This document shows, one piece after another, positions 61,192 to 64,000 of a stretch of DNA of 64,000 nt; positions within the stretch are counted from its first letter, which is position 1, and each line of letters starts with the position of its first letter. Origin of the DNA: Promethearchaeia archaeon (GTDB lineage: Archaea > Asgardarchaeota > Lokiarchaeia > Sigyniarchaeales > SOKP01); NCBI GenBank assembly GCA_029856045.1, contig JAHQWG010000012.1, positions 140,110-204,109 on the forward strand, in the 5' to 3' direction. The position numbers and the translations under genes were made by a program. The notes under the pieces are model-generated. The model saw nothing but the letters and a program-made list of their open reading frames with translations, was not told where the DNA came from and ran no database searches.

Positions 61192-62544
61192 ATGGATAAA
61201 ACAAATGAAATACAAAGAGGAAAAAGCTCTACGGGAAAAATGATTGCATTTGGATCTCCAAGATTCGGAAGTTCTGTAGTTCTTGGAATTGAAGGTTGGG
61301 CTTTACTTACACTTTATTTTGTGGCTTATGGGTTAGATCCTTTCCGTGCTACTTTTGCTCAAGCTATGGGCTATTTGGCTATAGCAGCTGCTCAATTTCT
61401 ATTGGGATGGATTAGTGATGGAAAATATACTCGATGGGGCAGAAGGAAACCATATATTATAATATTTGCTCCCTTACTTGGAATATCATTTATTTTTTTG
61501 TTGCTACCAGGTTTAGTATTACCAGATCTTAATGATAAAAATAGTTTATTTCTATGGTTATTGGTATGGGATGTATTGTTTAGGATAAGCTATGCAGTTA
61601 CAACACCTTATCAAGCATGGATGGCCGAACAATTTGAAGTGGGAGATCGTCCCAAAGTGTCACAAATCCAGAATTATTGTAATTGGATTGGAAATGGTCT
61701 CATGTCGATTTTAACGATGCTTGTTTTTACAGGAGTATTTGACAAAATTGCGGTAGATGTAAATACCATCCCAATGGAATTTTTACTAATTACGGTGGTA
61801 TTTGGAGTCATGGTAATTTTATTATTTTATATTGTCGCCTTTTTTATGCCAACAGAGCCGAAATATGAGATCAAAACGAATTTAATTGAGAATTTAAAAG
61901 TCATTGTAAAGAATAAAAATTATATGTTAGTCGTCTTAATGCAAGGTATCGCCGGTTTGGGTTTATCTATGATGACTTCTGTAATGTTAACATATACTGA
62001 AGTGGTGTTGAACTTGGGATTTATGGAATATTTAATTGTAGCAATATTACTGCTTGTAGGTATATTTCTTTTCTTATTCATATGGAGAACATTGATACAA
62101 AAGAAAGGGAAAAAGTCAACTATATTATATATTTTTCTTTTCGGGTTTATTTCCCTCCCAATAACCTTAACAGGCCTTATACCAATGGATATATCTCTAA
62201 TTATTGGAATAATCTTTATTTTAATTGTCGCTTTTGTATTGGGGGGCTGGTTCCTCTTTCCTTACATTATGTACGCTGACCTTGCCGAAGATGACGAGAG
62301 GAGCACAGGAGATTTAAAAGCTGGAATATATGTAGGCTTTCCAAGTATAATTCTAAATATTTTCCAAGCTTTCGGACTTTTAATACTTGGTGTTATTTTG
62401 TCCTTACCCAATATTACTGTAGACGGTGTAACCTTTACTATAGGTTTAGTTTTGTGGGGACCCCTTTGTTCTGTAATATTTATTATTACTTATCTATACA
62501 TAAGAAAATTTGTTATACTCGACTTTGACTGGGAAAAAAAATAG
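61192..62544 (+). CDS. MFS transporter, glycoside-pentoside-hexuronide family
   Basis: GWISD..TRWGRRKPYI, PYQAWMAE, MYADLAEDDE..AGIY. Confidence 0.92.
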   Translation: MDKTNEIQRGKSSTGKMIAFGSPRFGSSVVLGIEGWALLTLYFVAYGLDPFRATFAQAMGYLAIAAAQFLLGWISDGKYTRWGRRKPYIIIFAPLLGISFIFLLLPGLVLPDLNDKNSLFLWLLVWDVLFRISYAVTTPYQAWMAEQFEVGDRPKVSQIQNYCNWIGNGLMSILTMLVFTGVFDKIAVDVNTIPMEFLLITVVFGVMVILLFYIVAFFMPTEPKYEIKTNLIENLKVIVKNKNYMLVVLMQGIAGLGLSMMTSVMLTYTEVVLNLGFMEYLIVAILLLVGIFLFLFIWRTLIQKKGKKSTILYIFLFGFISLPITLTGLIPMDISLIIGIIFILIVAFVLGGWFLFPYIMYADLAEDDERSTGDLKAGIYVGFPSIILNIFQAFGLLILGVILSLPNITVDGVTFTIGLVLWGPLCSVIFIITYLYIRKFVILDFDWEKK

Positions 62545-63127
62545 ATAAATATATCAAAAATTAAATTTTTTTTTTTTTATTTTTCTTCGTGAAACGATTA
62601 TTTTTCTTTAAATTTTCATATCAAATATATGATTCGATATTTAAATTGTAATTTAACGAACCTAATTATCAATTCTTTTCTATTATGTCTTTAAAGGGGA
62701 ATCGTTCACAATATTTTTAAAATTTTGACTAATTACACCATTTTCTATTTATTTATTAAAAACACATAAATAATCTCCCAATCTTCATAGTTTGATACCT
62801 TTATTTATAATACATCCGAATGTGTTTGTAGAAAAGAATGATTTAATATTAAGAGAAAGAATCATTCCCATATTTTATCTTACTATTATCTCTTTTTATT
62901 TTAATATGGTTAAAATCCATGATTTTTAATTTTTTATGTATTATTTTATTTTCTTAAGATTTTTTAAAATGGATCATTTTTTTCTAAATAAATTGGTAGG
63001 TATCGAGAATAATCATTTACTCTTAATTTAACATCTCTTGAGTGAAATTTGTGTATTTAAAATAAATTATCCTTCGAAGAAAGATTTCTCTTTTTTGTTT
63101 GACATTTTTTATTGATTTGTTACATTT

Positions 63128-64000
63128 TTAAATCCATCTACCCGTCTTGAATTTTGGAATTAACTCCTTGGCTATTTGCTCAAATTTTGATAATTGATTT
63201 GGTTCACGGGGGTAGTAAAAGATGAATTCATTAATTCCAATATCTTTAAACTGTCCGACAATATCTTGAAAATTTTCTTCTGATTCAAAAATTGAGTTGA
63301 AACATTCACCAAAGAACAGGAAAGAACGATTTATTGCTTGAGGATTGCGTCCTATTTCATTGCAGTATTGATTCAGAGTTTCATTTCTTTCATGGGTTTT
63401 TTTAAGCATCTTTTCTGCAGGAGTATTCCAATCTCCTCCTAATGAGTTCCATGTATCAGCAAATTGAGCTGCGATTTTCAACATTCTTTTACCCATTGCT
63501 GCTATTGTTATAGGGGGTCGTGGTTTTTGGATCGGTGATGGATACATATAGGCATTTTTAATTGAATAATAATTTCCTTCATAGCTTATTTCTCTATTTT
63601 GCAAGCATTTATCAATAATTTCTACTTGTTCTTTGAAGTGTTCTACACGTTCATCTGGTGTCCAATCATCAATTCCAATCATTTCATAAACAGGATCTGT
63701 TTCACCTGATACTCCTGAACCGAGTCCCAATTCAAGTCTTCCATTTGAGATATGATCTACAGTTAAAGCTTGTCGAGCTAAGATTGCTGGATGACGCAAT
63801 GGTATAGATGTCACTAATGTTCCAATTCTAATTCTTTCAGTCATAGTTACTAATGCTGCAAGTAATGTCCATGCTTCATACCAATTACCAGTTGGGTTAT
63901 AAGGGTCTAAAAAGTGATCAGCTAACCAAATACTATCAAATCTTAAAGCTTCAATATTTTTCCAACGTTGAACTTCTTTCTTCCATGACAACCGTTGGAT
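63128..64000 (-). CDS. LLM-class (luciferase-like) flavin/F420-dependent oxidoreductase, 5'-truncated by the window edge
   Basis: SIWLADH, EAWTLLAAL, RIRIGTLV, RHPAILA, DHISNGRLELGLGSG; frame open to 64000. Confidence 0.92.
   Translation of the reverse strand: MQRLSWKKEVQRWKNIEALRFDSIWLADHFLDPYNPTGNWYEAWTLLAALVTMTERIRIGTLVTSIPLRHPAILARQALTVDHISNGRLELGLGSGVSGETDPVYEMIGIDDWTPDERVEHFKEQVEIIDKCLQNREISYEGNYYSIKNAYMYPSPIQKPRPPITIAAMGKRMLKIAAQFADTWNSLGGDWNTPAEKMLKKTHERNETLNQYCNEIGRNPQAINRSFLFFGECFNSIFESEENFQDIVGQFKDIGINEFIFYYPREPNQLSKFEQIAKELIPKFKTGRWI

Noticed and set aside
62545-63127. About 580-bp gap as a possible ncRNA or replication origin
   Set aside because: No GC-rich structured segment, no ORB-like repeats and no adjacent cdc6/orc1; it lies between convergent genes
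1-64000. CRISPR array, transposase, integrase or provirus
   Set aside because: No regularly spaced repeats, terminal inverted repeats or recombinase/capsid motifs were seen; no duplicate of the tRNA 3' end was noticed

Overview
Very AT-rich, gene-dense archaeal chromosomal segment. The gene content points to an Asgard archaeon, most likely Lokiarchaeia/Promethearchaeota (inference): rpl35ae, an archaeal RFC operon, XPD and aroB', plus many eukaryotic-signature proteins (Snf7/ESCRT-III, a steadiness-box protein, a Rab-like GTPase, two roadblock proteins, longin and uDENN-like proteins, presenilin). About 55 CDSs cover replication/repair, glycogen and sugar metabolism, peptidases, flavin/Fe-S oxidoreductases and transporters. 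I found no CRISPR array, integrase or transposase. Highlights not evident from the ORF track: (1) a tRNA-Arg(GCG) on the minus strand with two non-canonical introns (D-loop and T-loop); (2) a Zn-finger/coiled-coil/PH-like/N-Q-P-rich/steadiness-box protein convergent with a Snf7 gene, a candidate second ESCRT module; (3) two genes whose conserved N-termini require non-AUG/GUG/UUG starts (CTG; ATC or a frameshift); (4) a coiled-coil, Pro-rich protein with a WH2-like motif; (5) a protein with a PIP box and a TFIIB/cyclin-like C-terminus; (6) a three-gene RFC operon with a catalytically degenerate second small subunit. All family assignments come from motif recognition by eye; no database search was run.
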